DNA of 64,000 nucleotides from Malacoraja senta (taxonomy: Eukaryota): positions 12,650,001-12,714,000 of the forward strand of contig CM075991.1 in assembly GCA_038087875.1 (NCBI GenBank). Reading direction: 5' to 3'. Of this stretch, positions 50,308 through 64,000 are shown in pieces. Each line of letters opens with the position of its first letter. Position 1 is the first letter of the stretch. The notes beneath the pieces are model-generated. The model was given only the letters and a program-made list of their open reading frames with translations. It was not told where the DNA came from and searched no databases. Made by a program: the position numbers and the translations under genes.

Positions 50308-50602
50308 TGGTGACGCAGCGGTCGAGTTGCTGCCGTACAGCGCTTGCAGCGCCGGAGACCCGGTGCCGATCCCGACTACGGGTGCTGTCTGTACGGAGTT
50401 TGTACGTTCTCCCCGTGACCTCGACGAGATCTTCGGTTTCCTCCCACACTCCAAAGACGTACAGGGTTGTAGGTTAATTGGCTTGGTATAAATATAAATT
50501 GCACCCAGTGTGTGTAGGGTAGTGTTAGTGTGCGGGGAGCACTAGTCGACCCGGACTAGGTGGGCCGAAGGGCCTGTTTCTGCGATGTATCTATATACTA
50601 AG
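50308..50602 (+). mobile_element. HE1-like SINE variant
   Basis: Head, V-domain and CR1-like tail. Confidence 0.8.
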
Positions 50603-52063
50603 ACTCTTCTGCAGGGTAAAGTTCATTACGATTTTTGTTAGGTTGTCAATTTGCCTCTTGGAGTTGAGTGTTTCAGCTTGTTTTGATGTGGAGAGGATAA
50701 CACTACATCACTGCAGACTTGCTGCCACTGCCAGCAGCCATCATGTCATTCCTTTGTCTCCTCTCCATCACCAATAAACATTGCGTATAGTGAATTGCAA
50801 GCAACATTTAATTTCAAACACTTCATGGAGGTTATACCTAATAATGTAATTATACTGGCATAATGCACCCAAGCCGCCAAACTGACCATACAAACCCACG
50901 GTAGACAAAAATGCTGGAGAAACTCAGCGGGTGAGGCAGCATCTATGGAGCGAAGGAAATAGGCGACGTTTCTGGTTGAGGCCCTTCTTCAGACCTTATT
51001 TCCTTCGCTCCATAGATGCTGCCTCAGCCACTGAGTTTCTCCAGCATTTTTGTCTACCTTTGATTTTCCAGCATCTGCAGTTCCTTCTTAAACATACAAA
51101 TCCACAATGATTCCAGGTTTGCGCAGACTAAAATGTCTTCAACGTTATGCTAACAGTATCCTGGGAGATGTTATTATCGTCTCCTTGGTCTTCATCCATG
51201 CTGGTGATTGTTAGTGCGGAAGATCGTGACCATCTAAAATAAGTGCCCACTCAGGCTATCCAACAATGACAAATCACAGTAGATTTGGACAAATAAGTCA
51301 TCATCTTGATGCTCCTGGACAAAAGGACCCACTTATGCAGATTGAGTTACACTGATCAGAAAGCAGCATCTGTAGTTCGTTCTTACACGTGAGTTGTATT
51401 GATCATAGACTTCAAATGATGGGTCGACAAGTAGCAAAACATAGCCATGCTTTGAGAGTGAGTTTCCTCAGTTCTAGCCCTCGTTTGGGAATCTATGACC
51501 ACAATTCTCTTTGGAGGACCTTCTCTGCTGTAGTCGATGAGTTCTCCCGTCCCAAATGCCTCCTTCCCTTCAGTTAATGACTGAAATATAGAGAGAAAAT
51601 AGTTTCATTGTAAACCCAAGGCTGTTTTAAATTAATTTAGTGTGTGTGTACGTGCGTGTATGCTGTAGCCCTCAAACTCACACACCTGGTAAGATGGAAT
51701 TGTTGCATAGCACCTCCATTTTATCAACAAGTACTTGAATGTGTTTGTAAGTGAGACAGGCTCTATCTACATGGCTGTCCGCTCCTGCCTCTCATCTGCA
51801 GCTGTTGCTGCTAAACACAGTGCCTTGTTAAGGGCTGGAGACTGTAGTTATTACCTGACCAACTGCACACACTTTACTGGTGTAATACATTTTCTATGCA
51901 AGTCAAAGCAGTACAGGAGCATAAAAAATTGGTGCAAATAAATTTCTTGGCAAATATTTGTATATTTGTTCCTTCTCCAATTTTTACATTTGTCTGTTAA
52001 AATATGTAAATGGTTCTCATATCTCCCATTTTTTAATTTCATTCTTTTATCTTTTATCCACAG

Positions 52064-52309
52064 ATTCCGCATTCTTCTACAATAGATCCATCCCACCCTT
52101 CTATGCAGCAAGGAGTCCATGTACCCCACCTTGGTAACCAGTCAGGGCAGCTATTGCACCACAGAAGCCTGTCCCAACACTCACGGCAACTCCAGCAGAC
52201 CGGCTCCAATGTCCACTCCCACGGTGAATTAACCTTCAATCCATCCTCAGTGATGGAAGGTCAACCAGGAGGTCAGGGAGCAGCTGATGTTCCAGAGCCT
52301 TCTCTGGAA
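52064..52309 (+). CDS. ZMIZ2: ZMIZ2 coding exon
   Basis: IPHSSTIDPSHPSMQQG...ELTFNPSSVMEGQPGGQGAADVPEPSLE; cacag/gtaagt. Confidence 0.93.
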
Positions 52310-52686
52310 GTAAGTCCTGCAATATTTTCATGAATGTTTACATCTGCCATCGGCAGCTTTCTTTAAGTGAATAATAGATAATAGATCAGTCGTACGAATA
52401 TTCACTCAAAAGGAGCAAAACAAATAATCACTCAGCAACTTAGACATGCTGGAGTAAAATATTAATATTTCAACAACGATTACCTTTCATCAAAACGGAT
52501 TTACCCCACACTTTACAGCATTCTGGAAAGGTACACACCAGTGCAGATTAGACTCTGAAATAGTCATTGGCATCATAGTTTTAATTTTAATCAAAGGTCT
52601 GAACTGTCCGAGGCAATGTTTAAAACATGACATTGTTTTAAATTTAACTGAGAAAACAGATGATGCTGGAATCACTCTGCATCTGT

Positions 52687-52972
52687 GGAAAGAGAAACAT
52701 CCAAGGTTTCAGGTCTGGGCCCCTTCAGTGGGGAAAGAGAAACATCCAAGGTTTCAGGTCTGGGCCCCTTCAGTGGGGAAAGAGAAACATCCAAGGTTTC
52801 AGGTCTGGGCCCCTTCACCTAATGGGGAAGGAGAAACATCCAAGGTTTCAGGTCTGGGCCCCTTCAATGGGGAAAGAGAAACATCCAAGGTTTCAGGTCT
52901 GGGCCCCTTCAATGGGGAAAGAGAAACATCCAAGGTTTCAGGTCTGGGCCCCTTCAATGGGGAAAGAGAAAC
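52687..52972. repeat. Tandem repeat, 6 copies of a ~45 bp unit
   Basis: ggggaaagagaaacatccaaggtttcaggtctgggccccttcaat. Confidence 0.95.
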
Positions 52973-53039
52973 AAGTTAGTGTTCAGTTGCAGACATGGTG
53001 GAGAGGACAGAAACATTTGATAGGGCGAGACCATATGAC

Positions 53040-54560
53040 TTGATATAGGGGTAGGAAGCAGATTATACCTTGTTTGTAACATATTGTTAATTGCCAAACT
53101 GTGGGACATGCCCAGCAGGCCAGATTACACTAGAAAAAAAAGTCAAAATTATATTTATGTCGATGTACCAGAAAAAGAATTGAGTGAGTGGGTGCAAGTA
53201 GGCCTGAAACAAAGATCATTCCATGTACGCCTCAAAATGACAGACATAGCTTGGGCCCATGTACTGCCCATGGTTACACCTTTGATCTGTAGAAAGTGAG
53301 TGGAGTTGAAAAAGTTATTCAATGTGAAAACTAGCTCTGCCAGGTGAATGAGCATGTTGAAGAGGAACTGGTCAAGGAATAAGTAGAGGGCTCTCAGACT
53401 CTTCTAATGAGGAATGGAAGTGTAGAGAGACGTGCATCCATGGTGAAGAAGAACTGGTTGGAACTAAGGAATTGGAAAGCAGTGGAGATCATCTGCACTC
53501 TCTGGGATTCAAGGATCAGGGTGGAATGGTCACAGTGAATGGCGGTGCTGGCTCGAAGGGCTGAATGGCCTACTCCTGCACCTATTGTCTATTGTTTATA
53601 ATGGTTGGCATAGGGATAAGTTCAATAGGGCAAGAGCAGGCTGTACAATGTGTCTACCCATGCATAACCGATTGTTGATCTAGGGAATAAGTTGTAAGCA
53701 GACTTGCTACATGAGCAGTACGAGATGAGAAGGGAAGCTGTGGAGGGAAGATGTTTACAAGAATACGAGTTACGAGAATTGAGCTCACGTGAGTGAGACA
53801 GCGGCTTGATGTTCAAGGTCTAGAAAGAGATATGAGGACATGTCTGAGAGCTGATTGTTGGCCTCAGCAAGATGAAGATGAGAGTTTGCAAGAGTACAAT
53901 AACATCACCCTTGTAGCAGGTTTGATGTCAGCATGGGTTCTTGGTGAGTCGACTGTTGAACGTCCATGTGAGTAGGTTAGAGTGAATGGACAGAGGGTAA
54001 GAGGCAAGAGGAAGGGGGCTGGGTGGGTTGGGAATTCTGGAGATGGAAGAAAGGATCCACAGTCTGAGAAAAGGACACCTAGCCAAAATAAAGTGGTGCA
54101 GAGGCAACAGAGGAAGAATCCATCATCTTGTCAGGCTGGAATTAATTGAGATGGGACAAACCAAAGGCCTTAGCTGTAGACTGATCATTCAGGACCAGAA
54201 AGGAATGAAGAACACACAGTGTGGAGTGCGACTGCAAGGAGTGATTGGATCAGAGGAACAAAGTGGAACAACAGTCAGGAGGGGGTTGGAATCCAAAAGT
54301 TGCAGTTTACGTTCTTTGGTGTCAAAAAAGGACAAAATCATCTTGCAGCATCAAATGAAACAGAATAAAGAGGAACTAGGGACCACAACAGCGTCTTGTT
54401 GCAGCGAGGACAAGGATATGCATGTGCTGATGTGTGGCATATAAAGTTTGGAACTCAGGAGGCAATGAGACTTTGCCTCAAAACTTTACTTGTGGGGTCA
54501 GAAGTGGTTTCCGGAATTAACAATGAAAATGTAACCACCCAGCCCCCCCGCACTTTCCTT
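53040..54560 (-). mobile_element. Degenerate Penelope-like retroelement (RT region)
   Basis: LIHLAELVFTLNNFF.STHFLQIKGVTMGS resembles the PLE RT motif; many stops and frameshifts; short CR1 tail inserted at ~53510-53595. Confidence 0.7.
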
Positions 54561-54738
54561 TTGAATTCCATCGTGAATTGTGAATAATGCTCTCTGCAAA
54601 GCTGACAAATCGACATGTGCATTTCAAAGTTGAAACGTATTCTTTTGGCTTAAAACTGTAAACTGTTTCATCTCTAAATCCACAGAGTTTAAAAAATGGT
54701 CATAAAATGATAAATGATTTATGGGTTTTGTTTTCCAG

Positions 54739-54846
54739 CTTCTTCCAGAGATTACAAACCCAGATGAGCTGCTTTCCTATCTAGGACCACCAGACATGCC
54801 AAACAACAGCAACGATGACCTTCTCTCCTTATTTGAGAACAACTAA
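54739..54846 (+). CDS. ZMIZ2: ZMIZ2 last coding exon
   Basis: [42 protein letters not shown] is ZMIZ2-type (ZMIZ1 has LSYLDPP); TAA 54844-54846. Confidence 0.97.
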   Translation, partial: LLPEITNPDELLSYLGPPDMPNNSNDDLLSLFENN

Positions 54847-57800
54847 AATTCTTCCTTTTTGTCCAACATATTAACTCTAGCTTCATCGTCTTTGAAGCTC
54901 AATTGAGACTCCACACTGCCTTGCACTGTTGACAGTGAAAACCTATTGACAGATATCTGTGCTAGGAGATCCTGCAAAACTCATTGTAAAATGCCATCAC
55001 ATTTTAGAATGCTAGAACACAGAACAGATTTGAAATGTTGACAAGCTAGAAGAATCCAGCTAATACGAAAATCTAATTTCTACCAATAGTTGTCAAAGAA
55101 TTGGCGGAATAATTTTTTGCCACCAATGCCACAAATCTTGTCCGGATATCAAGGCATTTGAAGGCAAGAGGAAGGGAAGACTTCAATGCAGCAATTAGCA
55201 TTTGAGCCACCCATTGCGGTTTTGTTATTCAGCTCAGCAATCTTGTGGATTATTCTCCACGTTCACTATTGATGCAAGGACCATGACTTCCTCAATCTTG
55301 TGGATTATTCTCCACGTTCACTATTGATGCAAGGACCGTGACTTCCTCGGGATTTAATGCCTCGCAACATGAGGAAGTTGAAAAACAACAGAATTTGCGA
55401 GCTCCCCCTTTTTCAAGTACAATGACTTTCCAGGATACCTAATCATCAGAGATGATGGAGACACACTAACTACATCCACAAAAATCACTGAAGAAAATGC
55501 AAAAAAAAAAAAAAAAAATCATGATCAAGTACAAAACAAAAGCACAAATGATTCTTAGAGACCAAGGTAGGGACACTACGGCATTGAGGGGAAGAAAGGA
55601 TTTCTTCTAGCTGTAATGAAACAGTATCACTGCCTGCATTTCACAACCTGTGGTAAAGATGTTGGTTGTCGATTATTATAATATAAAAGTACACAGAGGT
55701 GATTAAATGACATTTCTGCGTTGTTATCCCGTTTCAATTGACCTAACCCTTTTACCATTTTTGTTCATTTAAAAAAGAGCATTCCACATTTTTTATGTAG
55801 ACTTATCTGAACACACCAATGCTGTTCTACAGGCTGTGTCTTGTACCAAGTCCGTGTGGCACCAAAAGTTTTTTTAAATATCTAATGTACTGTAGAATTG
55901 GCAAATTAAATAACATCACCCAATGATTATTATTGATTTTAATGCTAGTGATGAGCAATTGCAGGTGAAAGAAACCATTTTCCTTTTATACACTGTCATG
56001 AGAAAGATTGTTTAAAACAATACAATGATTGCAGAAATTAATCATCATCCTGAAATTTGTATTTCCAGATTACTTCCATAACCTTTCAGGGTGGGTGAAG
56101 GGAGAAGAAAAGGGGAATGGGAAATGTAGATTCCTTTTAGTTCTGTTGAGCTACAGCTGTTCAGGATATCTGTGGATTATTTAAAATGGTTGAGATAAGT
56201 AAATTAATATTGTTTAGGTTTCATTTTAAGTTTATTGAAATAATCCCCTTTATTAGGATTTTATAGGGTTGTATTGAAATTTATAAGATAATAAAGCTCA
56301 TTGTTTCATTTCTTTAGCTTTTTATTTGTAAACCGTTGTTTCCTGTTAAATTGACTTTAAATGTCGTAAATGATTCCATTCACAAAGTCTTGCTTCTACA
56401 TCAGTCCAACATGGTGATGTCGCTCATCTGGAATATGAAATAGGATTAGAAATCAATGAAGTTGCAATGAAGTCTTGAATGCTGAACATACAGAAAGTGA
56501 TTTGGAGAAAGATAGTTTTGGGTGGAACTCTTCCATCAGCTCACAGAATCAAGAGAAGCATTTAAACTAAACAAGTAAATACTGGCATATCACAAAGATG
56601 ATCCTAATTAATTCAATAGACAGAAAAGTGTTGCAAATGTCAAAGGTTGCAAAGGCTAAAGCAGTAGCAAAAGTGGTAGACTGTTAAGACAGTTGGATGG
56701 GATAGGAGTACAACAAAGATGCAAAAACATCAGATTTAGTGGTAGCTGTACAGCAAGGAAACAGATCCTTCAGCCCACCTTGTCCATGCCAACCAAACTG
56801 GCATATTGGACCAGTCCCATTTGCTTGCATTTTACCCTTAGCCCTCTAAACCCACCCTATCTATGCTGTACACATGCAAGAGAAACGGTGATGTGGAAAA
56901 TAAGACCCAATCCACGATACGATATAATAAAACTTTATTCATCCCCGGAGGGAAATTGGTCTAAAACAAGAGGACAAGTTTTAAACAAGGAAAAGTGATC
57001 GTATCTCTATAGGTCCCAAGTTTTGTTTTTTAATTAACTACACACCAACTCGTATATTAATTGTGTCTTAAAACATAGGAAGCCATTCAACCCGTCAAGC
57101 TGATACTGGCTCCAGGAGCAATCCCAACATGCCAATTATCCTTCTAGCCTTTTAACAATGCCATAGTCACACAGAATAACTAATTTATAATATTTTATCT
57201 TCTAGTTTCTACCTTTGCATGTTGTTTGTGTTATAATGTGGAAAGATGTAATAATCTGTATCTGATGAGCTGGTTACATAATATATTTGAACATTGGAGT
57301 ACAGTAGCAATATCTTGTGCGTTTTAGTTCAAATGAAAGTAGATATCTGCACCAAGACCAACCAACTCTTCTTCAATAAGATGCTAGATTTCTGGATCAG
57401 CAGCTGCAGGTTTTAATATCTCAAGATAATAGAAAGATAGGGGAAAATAGGCAAGCCTTTCCAGTCATTGGACTAAATCTAGCCACTAATTCTATATACC
57501 TCAATCCTCGCCTTACAAAACTTTGATTTTATAGTTTTAACATTTTCAATGAGCAATCAATTTCAATACTTATTAGATAGTTACAGATTTGCAGTACCCT
57601 AGAGTTAATTATACAGCGCGGAAACAGTCTCTTCAGTTCAATTCATCCATGCCAAACACGTTGTCCATCTAAGCTAGTCCCATTTGTCACTCCTTAGCCC
57701 ATATCCCTCTAAATCCATGTACCTGTCTAAATGTATTTAAAATATTCCACCCACCTCTACAACTTGCCGTGGAAGCTTGTTCCATATATCCACCACCCTC

Positions 57801-60800
57801 TGCAAATTCCCAAATGAAATTTGGCTGTTTGCTTATATTATCTTTCCTTAGATCAATGTCTATTTTGAAATGTTCTGGGTTTAAACAAAAACCATACACA
57901 GTACCTGGACAGCTGAGTCTTCCCTTCAAAAATTATTTACATATCTCTACTTTCTAGTCTTCCAAAACATGTATATTCTCAAAGCAACCTTAAAATGTAA
58001 ATATATGTACCAAGTCAGGTCTTCCACTTTGTTCTTCTAGGACTATGGCCTGCCGCTTTTCTCATTTATGTAGACTTTACCCAGCTTGCTTTCAACATGT
58101 TTAGGCTCTCATAGCTTGGATTCACAACGTGCTGTTTCCACGATATACTGATGCCATTAATGGAATGTTAATCAAGCCTATTAACGCACATCCCTGTTTA
58201 AAATTACATGGGAAGTCTTCCCTTGTGGTACATTTCTATTTATTTTTAATCTGAATTCACTATAGTGCATGTTCAACATGAGACTCTTTGGAGTCTTCTT
58301 TAAACATTCACACCTCAGAGTGCGATTTTGCTACTTATTCTACAGCTAATAGCAGTCAGCTATCCATTATCTCCACAATCTGTTAACATTTATCACTATG
58401 TGACCTTCACTATACAACTATAGTTTATTTTTATTGGAAGAAATATGCCACAATAATTCTTGTACAAGAAACACTTGTGCTGAACCTGGTTTCCAGCATG
58501 TGGCTGGCTGTAGAACATACACCAAATGCTGTGTGCAGATAAAATCCTTTGGTATTTTCAGTAGAACAATACTTTATAAGAAAATAAGTTTACAAGTGCC
58601 AGTAAAACTTCTGATTTGGGGAAAATTATTTTTTATATACCTAAATGATCCTCTTATTATTCTGCTCAAGTTAAGTTTGGAGTGCTTTAAAATGTTACGA
58701 TCAGAATATCTATGGAAAATACAAGCAAATTCTGTTTTTAAACACCAAAACAATTGTCTGATTTGCATGCTCCTGCTTAATACTGTATATAGTAATCTGT
58801 GGTGGTCTCTGTTAATGTGTGTTGTTGCAGTTAAATACATGCTTAAAACTCTTTAGCACCAATAGAAAAGCTTAGTTGAGCCACATGTTTGCAGATTTAT
58901 CTCAAATTCTGCTTCCAGTCCAACATATATCACAGTTTCTTAAACATTTTCTTTCTCCAATATGTAAACTTCAACCAAGTCTCCAGCTACCAACTATCTT
59001 CAAGTGACCTCTTGAACACACAAACCCCCACAGAGTTCTCTATTGGACTTCAATACCAACCCCCTCTCAAAAGAAATCTGACTACTCAAGTTTTATGCAA
59101 TTTTTACAAGCTAACTATAGACGTAAGGGCATTAAATGGTAATTAACAAATGATTTTAGTGTATTCATTTCTCCCCTCCCTTGCCTAGAATTCCCAAAAC
59201 ATCACTGACACATGTTCTCCAGAGATGCTGCCTGATCTGCTGAGTTACTTTATTTTGTAAGCCAGCATCTGCAGTTCATTTTCTCTAAATTCTTTAGCAA
59301 TTGTCATACCCAAATTTTCTCCCCAAGTAAAATTAACTAACATGATGCTGAAGAGAATTCCAGATGAACTGCTTAACGTGCTAATTACCTATCCCTGTTT
59401 AAAATTATATTGGAAGTCTTCCCTTGTGGTACATTTCTATTTATTTTTAATCTGAATCCACTATAGTGCATGCTCAACATGAGACTCTTTGGAGTCTCCT
59501 TTAAACATTCACACCTCATAACAAAGGTCCAGCATTGCTGATCTGGAATGGAAGGACAAGTATCTTTGCTTTCAGAATAAAGGTGGAACATTTCTTGCCT
59601 ATGGCACCATGCACAAATAAAAGTAAGATTTAGTCTGGATGTTCTGTATTTCAAGGTTCCTTTGCAACGTTTTAAAATAATTTTCCCTTTCTCTTTGCCT
59701 TTTCTGGTCTTGGCTACATGTAATCACTGCAGCTGAAATCGTAAGCAATTGGACGTTTTATCAGGAATAAAAGTATAAATGATCAAACAATCTGGTACAC
59801 ATAAAGCAGCAACTTAACAGTATAAAATAAAGCTACATCTAGAGTTTTCCAACCTAAATTCACATCATTGTACATTTTCCAAAGCAATCTTTATGACCAC
59901 CAAGTGAGAATTGAAATTTAGTGTGAAAGAATGGCTTATTCGGAGCAGTAGTGTGTTCTGGGGCTGTGTTAATAAGAACATCACACATTTATTTCCATCA
60001 CAACGCTGGTATTTTGTGCCATCTGGGTTAAATCCCAGTTACATGATTGTTATTCGCTCTGCAGTACTCAAACTCCTTAAATGTAGAGCTTTTAAATAAG
60101 GAAGTCATGTAACCTCAGGCCAACTCAGTGAATAGACATGAAACATTTAAATCGATTGAACCCAACTCACTTTAAGTCAACATATCTTAAAAATTAGCAA
60201 AGAGAGTTGATCAGGAAAACGTTACCATAATATTCAATATAGCTATCTACACCCATCAATGGAGGGCTGTTGGTTTTAAGAAATATTTTTACCTGTGTGT
60301 TTACTAGCTGGCCCATAGCTGGTTGTGGAGGTGCACGGGCCATCTAGGAGGTGGAAAATACCAATTTTGAGATTAAACTCATTGGTAGACAATCAATAGA
60401 AAGAATGGTGCTTAAATGTTCACTGTCTTTAATTGCATATTATCAGCCAACCTGAAATATCTACATAAAAACAGAATGGGCACTGTTCACAAGTCATAGG
60501 AGCAGAATTCGGCCCATCAAGTCTACTCAACCCCATTCTCCTGCCTTTTCCCCATAACCCTTGACACCCTTACTCTTCAAGACTCTCAATCTCCGCCTTA
60601 AAAATACCCAATGACTGAATGATTCCCTGATACCAAACAGTAAACTTAAACTTCAACCAATTCACTGTCAGCTTGAACTCCGATTGAGGCTGAACTAGAG
60701 TTGGAGTTGGGTGTTTGTGAAGCCACTGACGGCTGAGTTTGCAATGGAACATATACTATTTCACTCACTTTAGCCATTGACCCATTAGCTGCTTTTTACA

Positions 60801-61850
60801 ATTAATCCTTAATCTCAGTGAATTTTTTGTCAAATTCACATAATTAACAAATTCACATTGATTGGTTATAAGAATGATTAAATTACCAATTATACCATAA
60901 TGATATGGCATTTCAATTCTCAATCATGAAGTGGGTATAAAAATAGATCGGTGTTCTAAGCTTCACTGCATTTTAGAATCCTATTATTTATTGATGAGAC
61001 AGCATCACGATTAATTAATAAAATCATGGATATATTTCCAATCTCATCTTTAGTTCAAAAGCATTGACTTTGGGTGACATGCCTTAATGATGTGGAATGT
61101 CACACAGAAGGACTTAACTCATAATGCCACACAGATTCCATGGTTCTTTGTATAAAGACACGTGCATCTAATGAATATCATTAAAGATACAATTAAATTC
61201 TAGTTACATTTTACTCAGTTAGAGGTAATATTAAATAGTCGACAGCCAATTATAAAAACCTGAAATGTTTCAATAGGTGTTGCAGGTTTCCCTGTCACTG
61301 CATCTGACATATCCTTATTTGTTTCAGGATTTAATTTCCTTTTATTTCAATATTGTATTATAATATATTACAATTTATTTAGTTTGTGCAATTTGGCATA
61401 ATAACAAGATGCTATCTAAACTTTAACTCAAACAAGGTATTGGCAGAGTAAACCAGCAATTGCTACTAGGCAATGAAAGATGTAACGTCTATTCAGTATA
61501 TGAGCTCATGACTCACCAACTCTGTGTTTCTGAGGTGCTACTACATGTATTGTAAATTAGGATGGAAAGAAAGTGTAAATTTCATATTTTGTAAAAAAAT
61601 CTTTTCTTTTAGCATTTCTGTACAGTAAATGAAAGTTTAAAAAAATTGTGCGTCCTGCATGCAACTGCTGAATGTTGTATTTGTCCGTATATTGTATGTA
61701 TCGAGTTCATTTCTTACCTCTATACTCAATGCAAAAGAAATCTTAATGTTTTCTAAGTGAAGGAATTGTATGTAGTTAGGTGATATTACATATTTATCTA
61801 ATAAATGTGCATTCACATAACAATACATCTTCATTAAACTGTTGACAGAA
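54847..61850 (+). other. Probable long 3' UTR of ZMIZ2 (end uncertain)
   Basis: Shift to AT-rich, relatively repeat-poor sequence; several AATAAA hexamers, including 61800-61805 with ATTAAA near 61833. Confidence 0.4.
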
Positions 61851-62066
61851 ATGAAAACACATTTGTATCAACTAAAATATCTTTAATTATGTCTTATTGT
61901 TGGTAGATAAGTATTGTTAAAGTGAAGATAGACAAAAGTGCTGGAGAAACTCAGCGGCAGCATCTATGAAGAACTGCCTTCAGATTGACACAGAGTTGGG
62001 GTAACTCAACGGATTAGACAATATCCCTGGAGAAAAGGAATAGGTGACGTTTCAGGTCCGAAACTG

Positions 62067-62512
62067 TCATATGCTGAGAGAATGGAGCAGCTGGGCTTGT
62101 ACACTCTGGAGTTTAGAAGGATGAGAGGGTATCTCATTGTAACATATAAGATTGTTAAGGGCTTGGACACGCTAGAGGCAGGAAACATGTTCCCGATGTT
62201 GGGGGAGTCCAGAACCAGGGGCCACAGTTTAACAATAAGGAGTAAGCCATTTAGAACATAGACGAGGAAACACATTTTCTCACAGAGATTGGTGAATCTG
62301 TGGAATTCTCTGCCTCAGAGGGTGGTGGAGGCAGGTTCTCTGGATGCTTTCAAGAGAGAGAGATAGATAGGGCTCTTAAAAATAGCAGAGTCAGGGGATA
62401 TGAGGAGAAGGCAGGAATGGGGTAGTGATTGGGGATGATCAGCCATGATCACATTGAATGGCGGTGCTGGCTCGAAGGGCCGAATGGCCTACTCCTGCAC
62501 CTATTGTCTATT
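62067..62512 (+). mobile_element. CR1 LINE 3' fragment
   Basis: LGLYTLEFRRMRG...SRTRGHSL...VNLWNSLP plus tail. Confidence 0.88.
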
Positions 62513-64000
62513 GAAACATCACCTTTTCTCCAGAGATGCTGTCTCGCTGAGTTACACCAGCTTTTTCTGTTTATCTTCGATTTAAACCATCATCTGCAGT
62601 TCTTACACGCATACGCACACACCTCTAGTTCTTTTTTTTTTAATTCCCCTACCATGCATAAAAAACTGACCATTCATCCTATCTAGCCCCTCATTATTTT
62701 ATACACCTCCATAATATCATCCCAACTCCTGCACTTGAAGGAATAAAGTCCTAGGCTGCCCAACCTCTCTAGTGCAGGCACTCGAGTCCTGACAATATCT
62801 TCATAAATCTTCTCTGCAGTATTTCTGGCTTAATGACATCTTTACTAAAGCTGAACACAATGCTCCAAGGCCGGACTCACCAGCATCTTGTACAACTGTA
62901 ACGTAACGCTCCCAACGTCTATACAGTTCCCTGACTGATGAAGGCTCACATGCCAAAAGTCTTCGCCACCCGATCGTTCAGGGAACTATGTACTTCTTGA
63001 ATATGATTCTCCTGATTTTTACTATCCTTAGAACCATGGCTCAGGAAGGAGGCCGACTTACTTCCACTCTGGTTTTGTGGTTTCCGAGGGAATTGATGAG
63101 GCTAATGTAACCACAAATTCCTTCACAAATGCGGAAGCTAGTGCCCTATTCCTCGATCAACATTTCTGCCACACTGAGTTTCTGAACAGGTATTCCAGGT
63201 CAGGGGAGTAAGATTGAGCCAAGACCATCACATCAGTGCACCATGAAGCATTGACCAAAATACAGACAACCTGACCTGACCAGCACGACAGATAGCCAAT
63301 GTTGCGTCTGTGGAGAATAATCAAATAAACGGCAGCTTGGATCCAAGGTAGCGCCCAATCCAGGCCACTCTTAGAAGTGGATCAGCAATCACACATTATA
63401 ATTGCTCCATTCTTTAAATCTCTGCTCCTTCAGCTGTACACTGAATGGCTCGATTGTAATCATGTATTGTCATTCTGCTGACTGGTTAGCACACAACAAA
63501 AACTTTTCACTGTACCTGTGGCAATAAACTAAACACAAACTCAATTCTTCATGAACAACAATGCATCTCACCCTGGTGCATCCATACGGCCAGTGTGGAA
63601 AACCAGTGGCTTGAGGTTACTATCCATTAATTAAGATCAATTGAATGCAGTGACACCAGTCTGAGGCGCATGTATTGCCATCAGACCTCCTACTTGATTA
63701 GAAATAGACAAACATAGAAACTAGTTTACACAATCACAATTCAAGCATAGCGTTAAGTTTTCTACTTAAACATAACCTATTGGGTTTGGATAATTTCCCT
63801 CATTAAAGGATAACCACTGTAAATGTGCTTTTAAATTGAAGAATAACAAGAACATAACAAGAGATACATAATTCTCCAATTATTTTCACCTCCACAGGCA
63901 ACAACATTAGAGGAGTTTTCATTGCCCAATAATTTGTACATTTATGAGTGATAATTTGTATTACCCTGTGTGTGGGTGATATTTATTTAGCAACATATAT

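Overview
Eukaryotic vertebrate DNA, almost certainly from a cartilaginous fish (skate/ray-like; inferred from dense HE1-type V-SINEs, CR1/HER1-type LINE tails and Penelope-derived repeats). Two spliced genes lie head-to-head. (1) On the minus strand (1 to ~8.4 kb) is the 5' part of a divergent, apparently short poly(ADP-ribose) glycohydrolase-like gene (7 coding exons in the window; the catalytic-motif exons run off the left edge). (2) On the plus strand is a ZMIZ2-type zinc-finger MIZ gene: 18 coding exons from ATG 24617 to TAA 54846 splice in frame with GT-AG boundaries to about 921 aa. Its first visible exon also encodes a ZMIZ1-like N-terminal segment upstream of that ATG, and a long AT-rich probable 3' UTR follows. 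Introns are packed with SINE, LINE (CR1, L1, L2, Rex1/Babar) and Penelope-like fragments, many carrying minimal hammerhead-ribozyme-like cores, plus palindromic repeats, minisatellites, C/T-rich low-complexity tracts and a 200-N gap (12425-12624). Most ORFs in the supplied track are artefacts of repeats or low complexity. Comparisons with human proteins are from memory, not from alignments, and repeat boundaries are approximate.
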